Of a DNA stretch of 64,000 nt, positions 39,834 through 54,488 are shown piece after piece; the first letter of the stretch is position 1; the number at the start of each line of letters is the position of its first letter. The stretch lies in NCBI GenBank assembly GCA_051294375.1, contig CM119264.1:11321832-11385831 (forward strand). Direction: 5' to 3'. The notes under the pieces were generated by a model that worked only from the letters and a program-made list of their open reading frames with translations, made no database searches and was not told where the DNA came from. Source of the stretch: Paraspadella gotoi. Taxonomy: Eukaryota > Animalia > Chaetognatha. Both the position numbers and the translations under genes were made by a program.

Positions 39834-41258
39834 TTAGTGAAAACCACGAATTTTTGGTTCGAATGATAGAGTCAATGATGACAAAAGAAATGTTGTCATA
39901 GTACTTTCATGGAACGTCTCGTTGTTTAAACAAAGTTTTACGCAGTAAAAAAGGAGGAAAGGAAAAAAGTAAGAAAGAAAAAAAAAGGATAACGACGACG
40001 ACAACAACAACGACTCGAAGGGAAACGACTATCATTGCTCTTATTAACCGAAAAGATCTCAGCTTTCGTTTCGGCGGCGGCTGCGGCGGCGGCTGCGGCG
40101 GCGGCTGCGGCGGCGGCTCAATCTCTCCCCGCCCCCGATAAAACGAGGATGAAAGAAATAAAAAGGGGAAAGCATTACCCGAAACCCGTAGGACAGATTC
40201 ACACTTCATTCAGGCCTTTATTCGGCAAAGACAAAAAAAGCGGGAGAGAAAGAGATATCAGATAAAGGTGAAGAAATGAATCCTTAGAAGCCTCGCGACT
40301 CTCTCCTCTTATATTAGGTTTCCTCCAAAATAAATTTTTTTGTAACTCGTCTCTATCTATGGGCTATTCCCATAAACTCTTGTCGAATTAAGAATAATTA
40401 ATACGGAATATTTATGTTTGACTGAATGTTGGTTCTTTACATCCTCTCTCTCCTCTCTTCTCTCTCTCTTCTCCTCTCTCTCTCTCTCTCTCTTCCTCTC
40501 TCTCTCTCTCTACCCTCCGCGAATCTCTTCGCTAACGTGCTCTCCAGCAAGGTGATTTTTCCCGTTCCGCCCGACAATAAAGGCCCTCCTCGTAATTATT
40601 AGTCCCGTGAGATCTTTTCTACGTCCTTCTCCGTAATCAATTTTCCCCTTTTATACTTTCATCCTCGTTTAGTCGCGCGCGCGACCGCGGTGCTGCAGAT
40701 TCGTGAGCCATCACGTTCGTAGGGCCGCCGCACGCTTAGCCGCCCGCCCCGCGCCACGCGCGCCGCCCGCCGCCGCAGGCGCCTCGGCCCAGAAAACGAG
40801 TCACGCTAGAGCTTCGGTTAATAAGAGCGTACCATGATCTAGGTCGGTTTTCCCTCTCGAGTCTTCTGCTCTGATTCTGTCTTCGTCGTTCTTCAGCTCC
40901 TTTTTTTTTCTTTCTCTAGCCTCCTGTCCTCCTCCGCCCCCGCGTTTTCTAGGCTAGTTTGGATTCCCGTGTGTAAAGGACTTTGTTAAACAACGAGACG
41001 TTTCCTAGGAAATAATCTGACGTTCAATGATTCAACATTCTGGTCATAATTGACCTATCATTCGAAACAAAAAATTCTGTATGTTTTTGTCACTATATTT
41101 TATTAGTTCTCGGCGCCATGCCGTCAATCTTCACTCGCGGTCATCAAATCATCTCTCTCTCTCTTCTTTTCTCTCTCTCTCTCTCTCCCTTCTCTCTCTC
41201 TCTCTACATATCTCTCCTCCTCTCTTTTCTCTTTTCTCACCCTCCTTCCCTCTATCCT

Positions 41259-41680
41259 TTACCAAACAGCAGTCCTGGTTCGCATAAACTCTAATGTCAT
41301 CTCTCTAACGTCCCATTCCCGCTGGGGTCCCAGCTTCGTCCTGTTTGCGACTCAGTTTTTGCTCATTCCTTCATGTTCCTGTATCGTTGTCGTGAATCAG
41401 TCGTACGAACCACTTACTGCTTGAACCGAGCATCCCAGATACTTTCTCCTGCTCTCTTCTAATTACGCTGCGCCTAGTTATTGTTTTCTACCGCTACTCA
41501 CATAAGAGACGGACCCGCCCGAAAATTGCACCCGAGATGTAAAAAGTGACCGGTTCACTTTTTAAGTCGTTGAGGGGCGAGAGGGGATTATGGTAATAGA
41601 TATAGGAGTATGAAGAAGAGTCAATATTAGTTGTTGGTAATGAATCTGGTGTAATCTGTGTTAATACCAAATAATATTCA
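41259..41680 (+). other. ~420-bp structured island with a 17-bp long-range helix
   Basis: 41369-85/41599-615 pair fully (3 G-U); ttaccaa/ttggtaa; aaaaagtga/tcacttttt; gctggg/cccagc. Confidence 0.6.
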
Positions 41681-41736
41681 AATCATTATAACTCCTGAAA
41701 ATTTAGTAAAAAATAATTAACAATAAAATAATATAG

Positions 41737-44700
41737 CATACAAACGAATTTTCTTTTGTCTTTTCAACATCAAAGATTCAGTTTCACCATCGGCACGTGT
41801 CATAGGACATTTGCAAGCTCGGTCGGTCATGTTGTAATCTCTGTCCTGTATAAGTATTGAAAACGAACTAAGACAGTTTTTCTTGCTGACGCTCCAACAG
41901 TTAACTCAACTATACTGCGTCTTTTTTCTCTTTATTTTCTTACAGTTTATCCGAGTCGGAAATCACGTCGTTTGTCGCTCATCGATCGATCCCCATCCAC
42001 TCGATTGCATCCAGTCCAGGTCATCATCATCATCCTCATTCTGATCTTCTAGTCCTGCCCCGTCCATGATCTCGCTCCACTGCCCATCGTATCCAGCTCC
42101 CCTCGTGTGTCAGTCTGCACAGCCCATCTTCTTGTCTCTTCTGCCCGCGACCTCCTTCCGTCTCCGCTCTCTTGCACTACATCCCGTACGGTAGTACACT
42201 GCTTCATTGTACGAATCGTTCCTCTGTCCTCGGTCTCTTCTTGCTCTGCGAAGGAAACATGTGTCTCTTCGTGGACACTACGTCGTCCTTCGGCTCCGCT
42301 CTCTCCACTCTTGCTTTTGCCACCCCACCTCTCTTGAACCCGTTTCTCCATCAACTTCGCTTATGTCTCATCCTTGTTCTTGTTACTGTTCCATCAAAGA
42401 ATAATTCTTCCTCCTTCTCGGTCACTCAACACTATCAACAAGACGAATAATATAAATAATATACATACTATACCATCGAATCCACAGAGAAAATATCAAA
42501 GACACCACAGAAACTCTACTCTACTCAATCAACACTCACTACATATACAATCATCTACATCTCACATCATACTTCTCTCCATCCTCCGCTTTCACAGTAA
42601 TAATGACAGCCACATCTCTGGTCGTTTTCGATAACTTCTACTTCTACTCTACCGTCCAATACCTCTCATTCTTCCCCCCAGCCCGCCCAAACTGTGACGA
42701 ATTTGTTAGGGGCAGAAAGAGACTTGAAAACATAGACTTGTGCGCCACCGTGTCAATAGTAAACAAAAGGCCTCTCTCTCTTCGGCTTGGTGTAGCAGCG
42801 ACGCTAGAGCCACGCTTACCTATCCCCACTCTGCGTTCGACTTTCGCGAAAGAGGTCGCGAAATCGAGTAGAGTGGTCCCATGTTCCACGGCCCATCAAG
42901 TCCCATTTGAGGCAATAACTATATTTCTACGATTTTCTCATTATCACATAAATTGACTATGCTAGTAAATAAACACTATCTAGCATTTGTATCTCTCATC
43001 CTCTTCGCCTAACCATCGCCAATAATAAATTTATACTTTAAATCTCTTTACAAATTTCCTTAAATTCTTTCTCTACTCGCTCGCCACTCACGTTTGTGCA
43101 CGTCGCTTCTTTTTCTCTCGTACATCATGTCTTTCGCACAATCCTGTGCAATCACTTGAACTATGTCTGCTTATTTTGAAAATGCATTCCTCTAATTTCT
43201 CACAAAAAATTAGGGTCGCTGCGGTCTTTCAAAAATACCCTATAATAAACAGATATTCTTCGTTAATACTCTTTCTCCTCGGCAACTCGTTTGCCACCGA
43301 TTTGCATTTTTCGATAAATTAATCGCATCTTTAACCTAACTCTCTCCGATAAACACGTTCAAACCCCCGCCCCTCTCACCCCTCGCCCCCCTTTCAAGCC
43401 CTTATTCCGTCCCGTTCGTCCAACTTCCTTCAAAACTCCGGTCCTCCAAATCACCTTCGTCACTGCTCCTCTTCTCCCCTCTATAAGATCGTATGTCTTG
43501 TTCCCGCTCACTATGGTCATACTTCGTGTTTGAATCATCTCCTCCAATTCTCGGTCGATTTCTCTTGCTCTCAGGTACGCTTTTTAATTTTCGGAGCGAT
43601 GATAATATCATTATTGCCTCTATATCTTACCCTACACATAGCACAAATACACAAAACATACCCTGCTCAGGTACCTCTACGCCCTAAATACTTACCCTAT
43701 CCCTTATCCCTCAGCCGAGTCCATAGTGTTAAGGCGTTTTATTATACTTAAGTTTTAAAACTCCGTTCCGTCTCTGTCTCAGAAATTCTCCTCGTCTTCT
43801 ACGGTCTTTTTTTCTTGCTAGGCCTCGGCCTTCTCCGACCCCTCCGCCCCGCCCCTCCTGCCTGCAAGCCTCGTCTCACACAGCTGTCACCACGCCGTTA
43901 GAAGACATTACCAATTCATCACAGCTATCTTTTCCTTTGCCGCTGACAGTCGTCGCCTTACCCATATTACTTTAAAGACCCGAGACAGGAGGTCAGAGGT
44001 AGTAACATTGATATGATTTTCCACTCCTTTTTTTCGGGCCGAGGATTGCCCCGTACAGTTCTTTGGTCCTTTCACATCGTTTCGTTCGCCTCCACTTATA
44101 TCTTTCACTTTTCTCGTCCCTCCTCCTTTTCTCTCTCCTTCCCTCCTCTCTCCTCTTCTCTTCTCTCTCTTCTCTCTCTCCTGCTCTCTTCTCTCTCTCG
44201 TCATTCCCTTGCTTATCCTATTCCTTCCCTTAGTCCCTCCTCTCACTCGTCCTCTTTTCATCTTTTCTCCGGCAACCTCGTACGTTCCTCCTATTCAAGT
44301 CGCGGTATTTACACGTGTAAGAATCATAAAAATAAAGGAATGTAAGGCCTTAGTTCCATCATGTTTGCCTAGAGATTCTCCAAATAATGTATCAGCTCAG
44401 AATGATTTCTTCCCCGTTATTTCAATCCCCTTTTCGCTATCCATCTCTCATCCTCCTTATCTCTCCAATTCTTTCTCTCTTCTCTTCCAATTCGTCTCTC
44501 TCCTCCTCTTATCCTCTCCTCCTCTCGTTTTCCCTTTCTGCTCTCTCCTCATTCATCTCTCCCTCCTCCTCCTTCGTTCCTCTCTTCATCTATTCTCGCC
44601 TCGAGTAGTCTCGCCTTACATATTAAGAAAAATAATTAATGAGCTTATCTCATGTTACATCCGACTTTTGTCGCAAGAAACAGCCATAACATATTGTTAC

Positions 44701-45190
44701 CCACTCTTTAACGCCTCACCCCCCCAATCGCCTCCACTGCACGCCTCAACTTTTTACTTCTCCCCCCTTATCAACGTCCCCGAGTATCCTCTCCGCCCCG
44801 CCCCTCGGCCTTTTCTTTCCCCTCGCGTTCGATTCGCTAAAAGCAATAGTTTCTTCTTCGTGAGTATCTCTATGACGTCTGCATACCCTATCTTTGCCGT
44901 CATCCGCTTTTTATACTCGAATAATCCAAGTTAAAGAAAAAAATAAGGCGGGAGACGAAGGCGAAACCGTCTGGAGGGAACGGTCGACAACTAGTTTTTT
45001 CCCCCACTTTTTATATTTTCTCCTTAAATTCAAATCCCGTTGAGCCCAAAAAGTTTGTTAAATTTATAAGATTGCCCAATCTAATTTATTTTATATTTTT
45101 AATTTCCCTGTTCGTTTCTCTATATTTTACAAATGTAACCTACAACATTGCGCGTAATAGCACTCATACCAGTTAAAATTGGCGAACGTG
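41737..45190 (-). repeat. Insertion-riddled inverted copy of ~37420-39360
   Basis: 41741-92 is the exact reverse complement of 39307-58; further anchors 42760-850/38575-660, 43730-760/38065-090 and 44990-45012/37548-570. Confidence 0.8.
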
Positions 45191-45333
45191 GNNNNNNNNN
45201 NNNNNNNNNNNNNNNNTTTTTCTTCATATATCAGGGTTGAATACTAGCGAAGTCTATTCGGAGAAGCGTTAAAAAACCGATTTTCCATAATTCGAGTTGA
45301 AAAAAACGAAATTCTTTGAAATGGGTCTCCAGG

Positions 45334-45382
<49 letters not shown>

Positions 45383-46049
45383 CGAGATATCATATTATGA
45401 TATGTATACTTCATTACAAAAAACGTATGTTAAATAAATTTCATACATGTATGTTGTATGTTGTATGTTGCATTTTAGTGTGTGTTTGTAATTTGAAGTA
45501 AATTTTTATTTAAATTAATTTTTAAGGATTTTTAAAAAACGAATTAAATGGGATAGATTGAAAAATTGCAAAATTACTTGTTTTACTTAAATAGACTAAT
45601 TTAGACCAAATTTTAAAACAAATATAAAAGTCTAACATATTTCACATTAAGTATTAAATTAAGTAATAAATTTAATTATTATTTTTTAAATTTAATGATT
45701 TAATGGGGAGAGAGATTTTAGTGTATTCTTCTGGAAATAGTGGAAGTATACAAGGTTAAAATTTACTTTCTGCGTTTGTGTTTTAATGTAATATTGAGAT
45801 TTAGGAATATGATTTGCCTGGATTTAATTCCTTTCAGACGAAAACCGCATCTAAAAGGAGGGACGCGTCGATCCTTTTCTCTCATTGTTATCTCGTGCAA
45901 ATTCTTTTTTTTCCGCATGAAACATTTCTCCTTTTTCTTATGCAGTCTAAACATTTGCGATTATAGTTGGGAGTTGCAATTCTAATTTTGAACTAGCTAT
46001 GCAAAGAAGAGAGAGAGAGAGATAGAGAGAGAGAGAGGGAGAGAGAGTG

Positions 46050-46545
46050 GGAGCCTGGGAGTCAGTTAGATTGATTCATTTGATTTGATTTGTAATGCTG
46101 CTAAATGTGACAATTAACATTAACAATAAACATCGTTGCAGAGCGGTACATGAAACTATGTAAATACACAAGTATATTAAGTCTACGCAATAGATTACAA
46201 ATATTGTGTTTTTATATTCCAAACCTTATGACCCTTAACTCTTCCTTAATTTTAGAAAAGAGATCTACCGCTGGATTTTGATTGTGAGACTGAAGACAGG
46301 GGGGCGGGGGAGGGGGGGGGGCAGAGGGGAGAGTGAGAGACGGAGGGAGAGAGTGGCGGTGGGACAGAAAAAACAGACAGACAGTCCGGAGCGAGTAAGG
46401 AGAGAGCGAATAAGGTCAATATGTCACAGGATGGTTGTTGAAACTTTTTTGGGCTGTTGAAATCAAAAAATGTGGAGTTCGCATGGCACATTACGCGAGA
46501 AGAGCCAACTTGTGCCCGTTTAATCAGCTACTAAGATGCAGAGTT
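46050..46545 (+). other. Two structured islands (~46050-46245 and ~46410-46545)
   Basis: atttgtaat/attacaaat, tgctgct/agcggta; ttgaaac/gtttaa, aatgtg/cacatt. Confidence 0.45.
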
Positions 46546-48309
46546 GAAAAAAAGAGTAGAAAAGTGAAAAAGAAAATAATAAGAAAAATAGACCAAAAAA
46601 AGAGATAAAGGTATAAATAAAAGTGAAAAGATAAAAAAAAAGTGTGGAAATTGAGTATTATTTCTTCACATTTTCTACTTATCTCCTTTTCATTAAAACA
46701 AAACGCAGTATAAAAAACTTTGCCGCGTTTCGACACCGTGAATGTTCAAAATTTCATTTTCCAGTGATTTCGATCGAAGGAGAGAAATGTTTAACTTTTC
46801 AGGTTTTTTTTTTTTCAGAAAAAAATTACATCCAGAAGATTGATAGTAAAGAATTGAGAGAAAACCAATTATAGGGTAAATTTTGGTTTGACTTTGACGA
46901 GAAAAAAAAATATATATATCATATGAACAAACCTATTTTCGCACGTTACAAACCNNNNNNNNNNNNNNNNNNNNNNNNNNNNNNNNNNNNNNNNNNNNNN
47001 NNNNNNNNNNNNNNNNNNNNNNNNNNNNNNNNNNNNNNNNNNNNNNNNNNNNNNNNNNNNNNNNNNNNNNNNNNNNNNNNNNNNNNNNNNNNNNNNNNNN
47101 NNNNNNNNNNNNCGTTAGCGCTTTGCAGGAACTGTTTTGCATAAAGCATGAAGCCTTCGCATGAGAACTTTGGATTCAACCCGATAATGATTGTGAAGGG
47201 AGATAAGGAAAAAAAAATAAAAGAAAAGGGAGAAAGAGAGAGAGAGAGATAAAAAAAAGAAAAGAGTTGGAGAAACAGTGGACGGAGAGGATGAGTTCTG
47301 GCATTTCCAGCGGCGTCGTCGTCGTCGTCGTCGTCTTTGTTTTCGCCTTTACAAGAATCGTTATCAAAATTGGATTCTAATCCCGACTCTCTTTCCCCTT
47401 TTGTTTTATTGAGTTTCTTTCTTCTCCGACTCGGACTCTTGAATATCGCTCTTCCTAATCACTGTTTAGTGTTTACTTATTTCTTTAANNNNNNNNNNNN
47501 NNNNNNNNNNNNNNNNNNNNNNNNNNNNNNNNNNNNNNNNNNNNNNNNNNNNNNNNNNNNNNNNNNNNNNNNNNNNNNNNNNNNNNNNNNNNNNNNNNNN
47601 NNNNNNNNNNNNNNNNNNNNNNNNNNNNNNNNNNNNNNNNNNNNNNNNNNNNNNNNNNNNNNNNNNNNNNNNNNNNNNNNNNNNNTTTTTTTCTCTCTTT
47701 GTTATCTTTTTATTTCTTTTCTTTTATTTTCCTTCTCTCCACTTTTCTTTCCTTAGAACTTCCACGATATTGATGGCCTACATAAATTCCATTAATCCTT
47801 CAAACGAGTAAGTGACCGCAGCATACGAAGCACAGCATAAACAACGTCCCGATTGAAGGACCGACGACGACAACAACGACGACGACGACGGCAAAGCTTC
47901 CGGTGCCAAACAAATTTCGAAGAAAGTATCCCGATTCCAGGCTTCGTCTTGGGCGATAAAATTAACATCGATTTGATATTCGAGACATAAAGTTCTATAT
48001 TTTTTAGTATTTGATTTAGGAAAACTTTTTGATAACAAAATCTTTGCGGATTTGAATGTACGAAACGCGCGTTTTCTGGGTGACATCTACGAAAACAACA
48101 ACAGCAACAACAACGACGACGACTTAGTCGTGGATCGAGACAACGAAGACGACGACAATGACGACGACGACGACGCAGACGACGACAATATATCTTTGCT
48201 CCTTCCCCTTTTCCCGACTCGTTCAATTCCGATGATATCCCGTTTCTTGAGTCGCCGCCGTCGCCCTCTTTGAAATGATGAATGAGAGGCAGATTGCGTT
48301 CTCCCTTCT

Positions 48310-48358
<49 letters not shown>

Positions 48359-48477
48359 TGTCTCTCTCCTCTCTCTCTTTGGTAGACGTCCCTCTTGTAT
48401 GTACATATGCTTGTAACGATTCTATTGTAAAAATGTTTTTGATTGGTTCAATTTTTTAAGCATTACAAGTCAATATT

Positions 48478-48566
<89 letters not shown>

Positions 48567-49415
48567 TTCTTTTCAAGGACAGGGGCGACAAATATTAATT
48601 TAAATAAATTCTTGCTCGCGCGCCCGAGTTCCTCGAGAGGTCAAGTTCAGTTTATCATTTTTTTTCCTCGATATATTTTATTCTTTCCCCTTTTAATCTC
48701 AATAACTGTTAAGTATTTTTTCCTCGTCGCTTATGTTGCAAAAAATTTTGCCTTTTTTCTTTTCTCATTTTTTTAGGAAAAAAAAGAGACAAAACATTTT
48801 GTGCTCTCGCGTCTTATCTAAAATTTTGGAAATCGTATTTGAAATTCAAATCAATTTAAAAAATGTTTTGTAAAATTGAGTTTTATAAATTTTTTTTCAA
48901 AAAGAGAAATCCAATTTGCGAATTAAAATTCAATAAATGACGTGAGCCACTTCGAATCAAATCGTCTGTCGGAATACGTTATAAACTACGGAATATTTAT
49001 TGATTTTCTAAGTTATTTTATGGCTAATTATAAAGTTGTATTTATAAATACAGAATACAGAACAAGCCTCACTGGTTTAATTATGGCGAAAATAGTGATG
49101 CTCTTTGTTCCTCATTCCTTTGTGAGACTTTTCTCGAGACACCTTTTTTTCATCAACACTTTTTTTTTTTTGCGTTCTCCGTCTTTTCTGATTAATTCTT
49201 TTCGACCATTATGTGCTCATGATGTTTACCCTGGACTTCAAACTCTTCTTTGTTTTCCTTCTATTTTTCTCTTTCCTTCTTCACTTTCATTTTCTTTTTG
49301 TCTCTCTCCTTTTCTTCTACCTCCTCTCACCGCTTTCTCATTCCCACGACTTTCATTTTTCTTCCGGTACGAATCTCTCGAGGGACAACACTTTGGTTGT
49401 CTCTCTCTCTCATCA

Positions 49416-49486
<71 letters not shown>

Positions 49487-50523
49487 CTCCTCTCTTCTCT
49501 CTCTCTCTCTCTCTCTCTCCTCTCCGCGTCTCCTTCCAAAGGAAACGAATCACTTATCCCTGGGATCCTCCAAAAAATCCTTTCCTAGTCCTTGATCAGC
49601 TTTATCTCCCGATCCCATCTTCTTATCTTCCTCTTCCTCTTCATCCTCTTCCTCCAACTATATAACTAATTTATTTAAGTAATTCTTCGGGGGTTTTTTG
49701 AATTCCAATTCCAGGTCCCCCCACCCTCTCCTGAGTCTCATGCCTTTTAAATGTCTGGGCCAAAACCTTTCACGCAGTAAAGACAACAACCGTTCGACTC
49801 AATGAACATCATAAAGCGGCCAATCCCTTCAAATTACTTACCCCTCTTTCCCGACTTAAATCTCGTTTAACTTTCCTTTTTGATCTTCAAACTTCAAATC
49901 TCTGAAAGAAACTTTAAGAAAAACAAAAATAAGAAATATAAAAATAAAAACAAAAACAGAGAGAAAATCCTGCGCGAGAAAACGAGATTAACTGGTTACG
50001 TGGTCAGGTTTAACCGGCCACTAAACTGTAAAGTGGTTGTTTGGTGATCGAGTTTAATCAAATTTAAAAAGAGGAAAGAAAGAAAAGATGGATGAGGGAA
50101 GAAGGGAGAGGTTTGATAGTCCAAACCGACAGACCGACAATTGGTCTGAAATTCATAGCATTAACATTAACGAGCTCCTAAACATCGAAATAAGATTTCT
50201 AGATTTAACGAATCAATTTCGTTAAATACGGAATTCCGCTCGCGATTCTCCGAAGCAAACGAGCGAGAACTTGCTTTCCCGAAATTATGATTTCGCGAAT
50301 TCTAAGAAAAAAATTCTCTAAAGAGAAATTATCTCGGCCGCCGGAGGATTTTCTCGGCTTCAAAAATCACCGGAGAAATAACTATTCCCCGGGCGACTGA
50401 CTGACCATTCAGCCTCTGAGCCAAACAGAAAACCACTCGCAAGGAAAAGAAAAAGATGTGAAAGCAATGCGCAGAAACATATCGCTAATGCGACTAATAG
50501 AAATACTAATAATACAAGGATAG

Positions 50524-50562
<39 letters not shown>

Positions 50563-52250
50563 AAGGCATAATCTTCTTTGTTTATGGGTCTAATCAGCGG
50601 AGCAGGTCTGTCCGTAATCGGTGCGAGGATCGGATAACAAGCTTTCGGCGACGAGGAAGATCGTGGATTTGAGGAAGAGAAGGAAGAGGAGGAAGAGGAG
50701 GAAGAGGACGTCGAAGAGGTTAACGCTGACGAAGAAGAGTCGAAAGAAGAGAAGAAAAAGACGAACAACAAAGAGAAGAAGAAAAAAAAGAGAAGAAGAT
50801 GGATATTATACGTCGAATTTAACCGGGGAAGAGAATGAAGAGAGAGGGAGGAAGAAGAGGAGCGACCCGACGACGAGGAGGAGGAAGTGAACCAGGGGGA
50901 TGAGGAGAAGAGGAGGAGCGAGGGGGATAAACGGAAAGACCCATAACTATTAGTGAGGGAGAAATAAATCAAGGCCGGCGAAGGAGGCGGACGAAGGGGG
51001 GACCGGGTCAAAGGGGAAAAGTTTTTTTGGGAGGAGGGAGAAGGGGGGGGACGTAGAAAATGAGGAAGGAGAGGAAGGGAAGAGGATGAAAAGGAGGAGG
51101 GGGAGAAGAGAAACGGAGGAAAACAAAGGAGACAGCAGAAAGGAGGAAAAATGGACGACGAAAGGAAGAGAAAAAAAAATGTATAAAATATCAGAAGAAG
51201 AGGATGTTTAACAATGATTAGCGAAACATCGGGAAGATCGAAAACAGAAAAAAAAAATGGGTGCGAAAAAAAAAATGAGGAAAAAATCTCCCGATGGATC
51301 AAAACATGGGGAGGAAATGGAGGCTGGAAGACGGGAGGAAAGGGAAGGGGGGAGAGGGGGGTGGGGGAATGGAGAAAAAGGGGGGATAGGGTTGTGAAAA
51401 AAAAAGAGGAAAAGAGAGAGCGAAAAAAAATAGTAAAGGATATGGTGAGACAAGAAAGAAAGAAATATAGTAAAATAAGTATGATTAAAGTAAATTAGTG
51501 AACGGTTAAAATAGTGAAGAGGTGAGCAAGAAGAATCAGAGATGGCGAAAAATGGGAGGAAAAAAATGAGTAGAAGAAGAAAAAGAAGGAAAAAGAGAGA
51601 AAGAGGAGGAAAGGGGGAAGAAGAAGGAGAGAGATCATTAGCGAGGAAAGTTTCCACGCTCTCTCCTCGAGAGTCGAGACACAAACCCCCGGAGATGAAG
51701 AGCCGTTGCCATTTGTGGAAAATCCTCAACAGATGAATGTCAAGAAGAGAAACTTCGGAGGGGAAAAAGAAAGAGAAGAAAATAAAGCAGCTTGGTGGGA
51801 GTGAGAAGAAAATAGCTAAAAAAAGCAACTCACTGGATGAAGGCCCGAAATAGTAGTCGGCCGGAAAATATAACCGACTCAAAGTAGCCTTGCGTCGCGG
51901 GAGCGAGAATGGCACGCGAAACTCTCTCTCTCTCTCTCTCTCTCTACCCTCTCTCTCTCTCTCTCTCTCACTCACAGGTAGATTCTTATATATACCTTCC
52001 ACAGCCAGAAAAATGATATCAACATGACCAGCGCCGTCATTATATTACAACGCGAAATCTCCAGATATCGCGAATTCGGCAAAAATGGAAAATCGCCTCC
52101 GATCGATTTGAGATCAAAATGGCGGACGGGAATAATAAAAAACATGTGCGATAAAAAAAAAAAAAAAGAGAGAGAGAAGGAAGAGAAATCAATTCTACAT
52201 TTTCATGAATGTGTAAAGAGAAAAACGATTACCTTGAGGAAAACAGACGG

Positions 52251-52310
<60 letters not shown>

Positions 52311-52534
52311 CGAGGAGAGAGAGAGAGAGAGAGAAGAAAAAATACATAATGGTTTTTTCATGCATAATGGATTGGCCTGAAAGAGAAGAGAGGGAGAGGA
52401 AGTGGAAGAGAGAGAGCGAGAGAGAGAGCGAGAGAGAGGTGTTTTTGGAATCGAGATTTGGTGGTCAAATCGATCATCCGCGATTCTTCGATTCAGCGAA
52501 TTCGCTTTCGACTTTCATCGTGGATTCTCACCCA

Positions 52535-52920
52535 CACTCACGCCTCCACGCTTCGATGCGGCTCCACGTCCATGCTCAATACTCAATGCTCAATCCCAGC
52601 CCAAGCTGAGTCTAATCCGAGCCAAGGTCAAGGTTGATCCAGTAACGAGGCTCTCCGCTCGCGATGGGCGATCATGGGCGTAAACCGATGAATCTCTATA
52701 TATATTCTTTATTACGTGCGTTTTATTTCGAAATCAACATAGTAGATTAAGTACATGCATAGTTGTATACATAAACATCGAACAAAACTATGAGTAAATG
52801 AACTATAGGTGAACATGTGATAATATTTATACCATAATGGTACCAATTGTTTTATTAGTTTGTAATCGGCCAGCCAATTCCTTTGTAATTCTATTATTCG
52901 CCTTCAGTCCAGTGCCATTC
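52535..52920 (+). mobile_element. ~386-bp structured island, candidate TSD CACCCA
   Basis: CACCCA at 52529-34 and 52921-26; acgtccatg/catgggcgt, gagcc/ggctc, catagtt/aactatg. Confidence 0.5.
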
Positions 52921-53212
52921 CACCCATTGATTCACATCCGTCTCTCCCTCTTCTATTAATATCTTTTCCTATCACCTTCTGATTTGTTTTCTTTCCTTGA
53001 ATTACTTCTTTTTCTTTATTTTCTGTTTTCTGTCTTCACCTCGTTAAATCCTTTTCGTTTTCCTTTCTTATATTTTTCTCCTCGATCTTTGCTCCGCTCG
53101 AGGTCGCGAGTTCGAAACCGAGTCGACGGCGATCGAAGAATTAGGGGAAAGTCATGTTTGTTCCAATCCGGAGGATAACGATCACTTTTCTTGTTCATTG
53201 ATACTTTTAACA

Positions 53213-53484
53213 AAAATATTGATAGCCTCGCTAGGATAAACCGTCTCTGAGCTATGGCTCAATCTATCAGAAGCGTTTATGAAGAGCAGCTGTGATTCTT
53301 TTGGGTGCTGTTGCAGGTGTCGTTTTTGCAACAGTGCTTATCGCATTTCTTTAATAGTTAGAACAAGGTCTGGTTAAATATCTTCAGTTCATTGTTTTTA
53401 TTTTAATGCACACATACGTCATAAAGTAAAAAAGGAATAAGTCAAACGGATTTTCTAAGTTTTGAATCACTACCCTGTATAATA
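53213..53484 (+). mobile_element. 272-bp structured island, 6-bp TSD
   Basis: TTAACA at 53207-12 and 53485-90; 14-bp stem 53302-15/53327-40 with 4 G-U; tgagct/ggctca. Confidence 0.6.
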
Positions 53485-53723
53485 TTAACATTGTCAAAAT
53501 GCCTGAATTTTTTTATTCAACTATTAAATACCTATTGTCTCAATTGTGGATTTTTTGCCCCACTCTAATTGAAATAACGTCTAATTTTATCGGCATTTTG
53601 ACGAAATCTCGGAGTGATCGAGATTTCGACTTCCCCGACGCCGACGAGGAAGCTAATCGTCATTTCACCTCTCTCCCCCCAAAGAAAAAAGCAAAAGAAA
53701 AACTCTAATTTCCATAAACGCTG

Positions 53724-54034
53724 ATTGTAGTCGGCTCCGCTAGGTTTTTACCTCCCTGCCCTAATCGCGTATTCGGCCTCACTAATTCCTTCTCTCAGGA
53801 CAAAATTCACTTTTCTTGGCCCTCGAACCGAAGAGGGATGGAAATCCAATCAGTCGCGAGCCAACTTTGGACGTTTATCTCACTTCCTCTCTCTCTCTAT
53901 CCCTGCACTGATGCTTAAAAAACTTTGCCTGTACGGAGATTGAAAGAATTATCGAGGAAAATCACCTATTTGACGATGCTATTAATTCCATATTAATTCT
54001 AATTACATTCAGACAAAACCCATTTCACCTATCG
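53724..54034 (+). mobile_element. 311-bp structured island, candidate 8-bp TSD
   Basis: AAACGCTG at 53716-23 and 54035-42; ccctc/gaggg, ggat/atcc. Confidence 0.45.
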
Positions 54035-54215
54035 AAACGCTGTTGGCGATGGGATTATTTGCAAGGAAAATACATGCATAAAATTGTAAATTGGAAAGAT
54101 TTCATGATGAATGCCTAAAATTCGTAGACTTAAATGTAATAAAGTAGCTTTTTATGGCCTATTGTTTTATTTTGTGCCTAAAGCCCCATTGATAAATTCA
54201 AATTCAAATTCAAAA

Positions 54216-54262
<47 letters not shown>

Positions 54263-54488
54263 CCGTTCACTATCTCTATCCCTTTTCGTTCAGGATTTAT
54301 TGAGATTTAAAGTCCAAAGCGACATTTATAGAGGGAGACAACAATCGGTGCTTCCAAAATTATTTCCTTTTCTTCCCTTTTCCTTTTTTTTTCTATTTTT
54401 ATCTTTTCCTTTTTCTTCGTTGTCTCTTTAGACGAAGCTTCAGTATCGACATTTTCCCTTTAGCGGGAAGAGACAAGAAATGTTTATA

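Noticed and set aside
50650-50940. Acidic/basic E/K-rich reading frame
   Set aside because: Purine-rich low-complexity DNA without convincing splice sites or homology.
53100-53132. tRNA/SINE B-box-like aggtcgcgagttcgaaacc
   Set aside because: No A-box or cloverleaf; at most a decayed SINE fragment.
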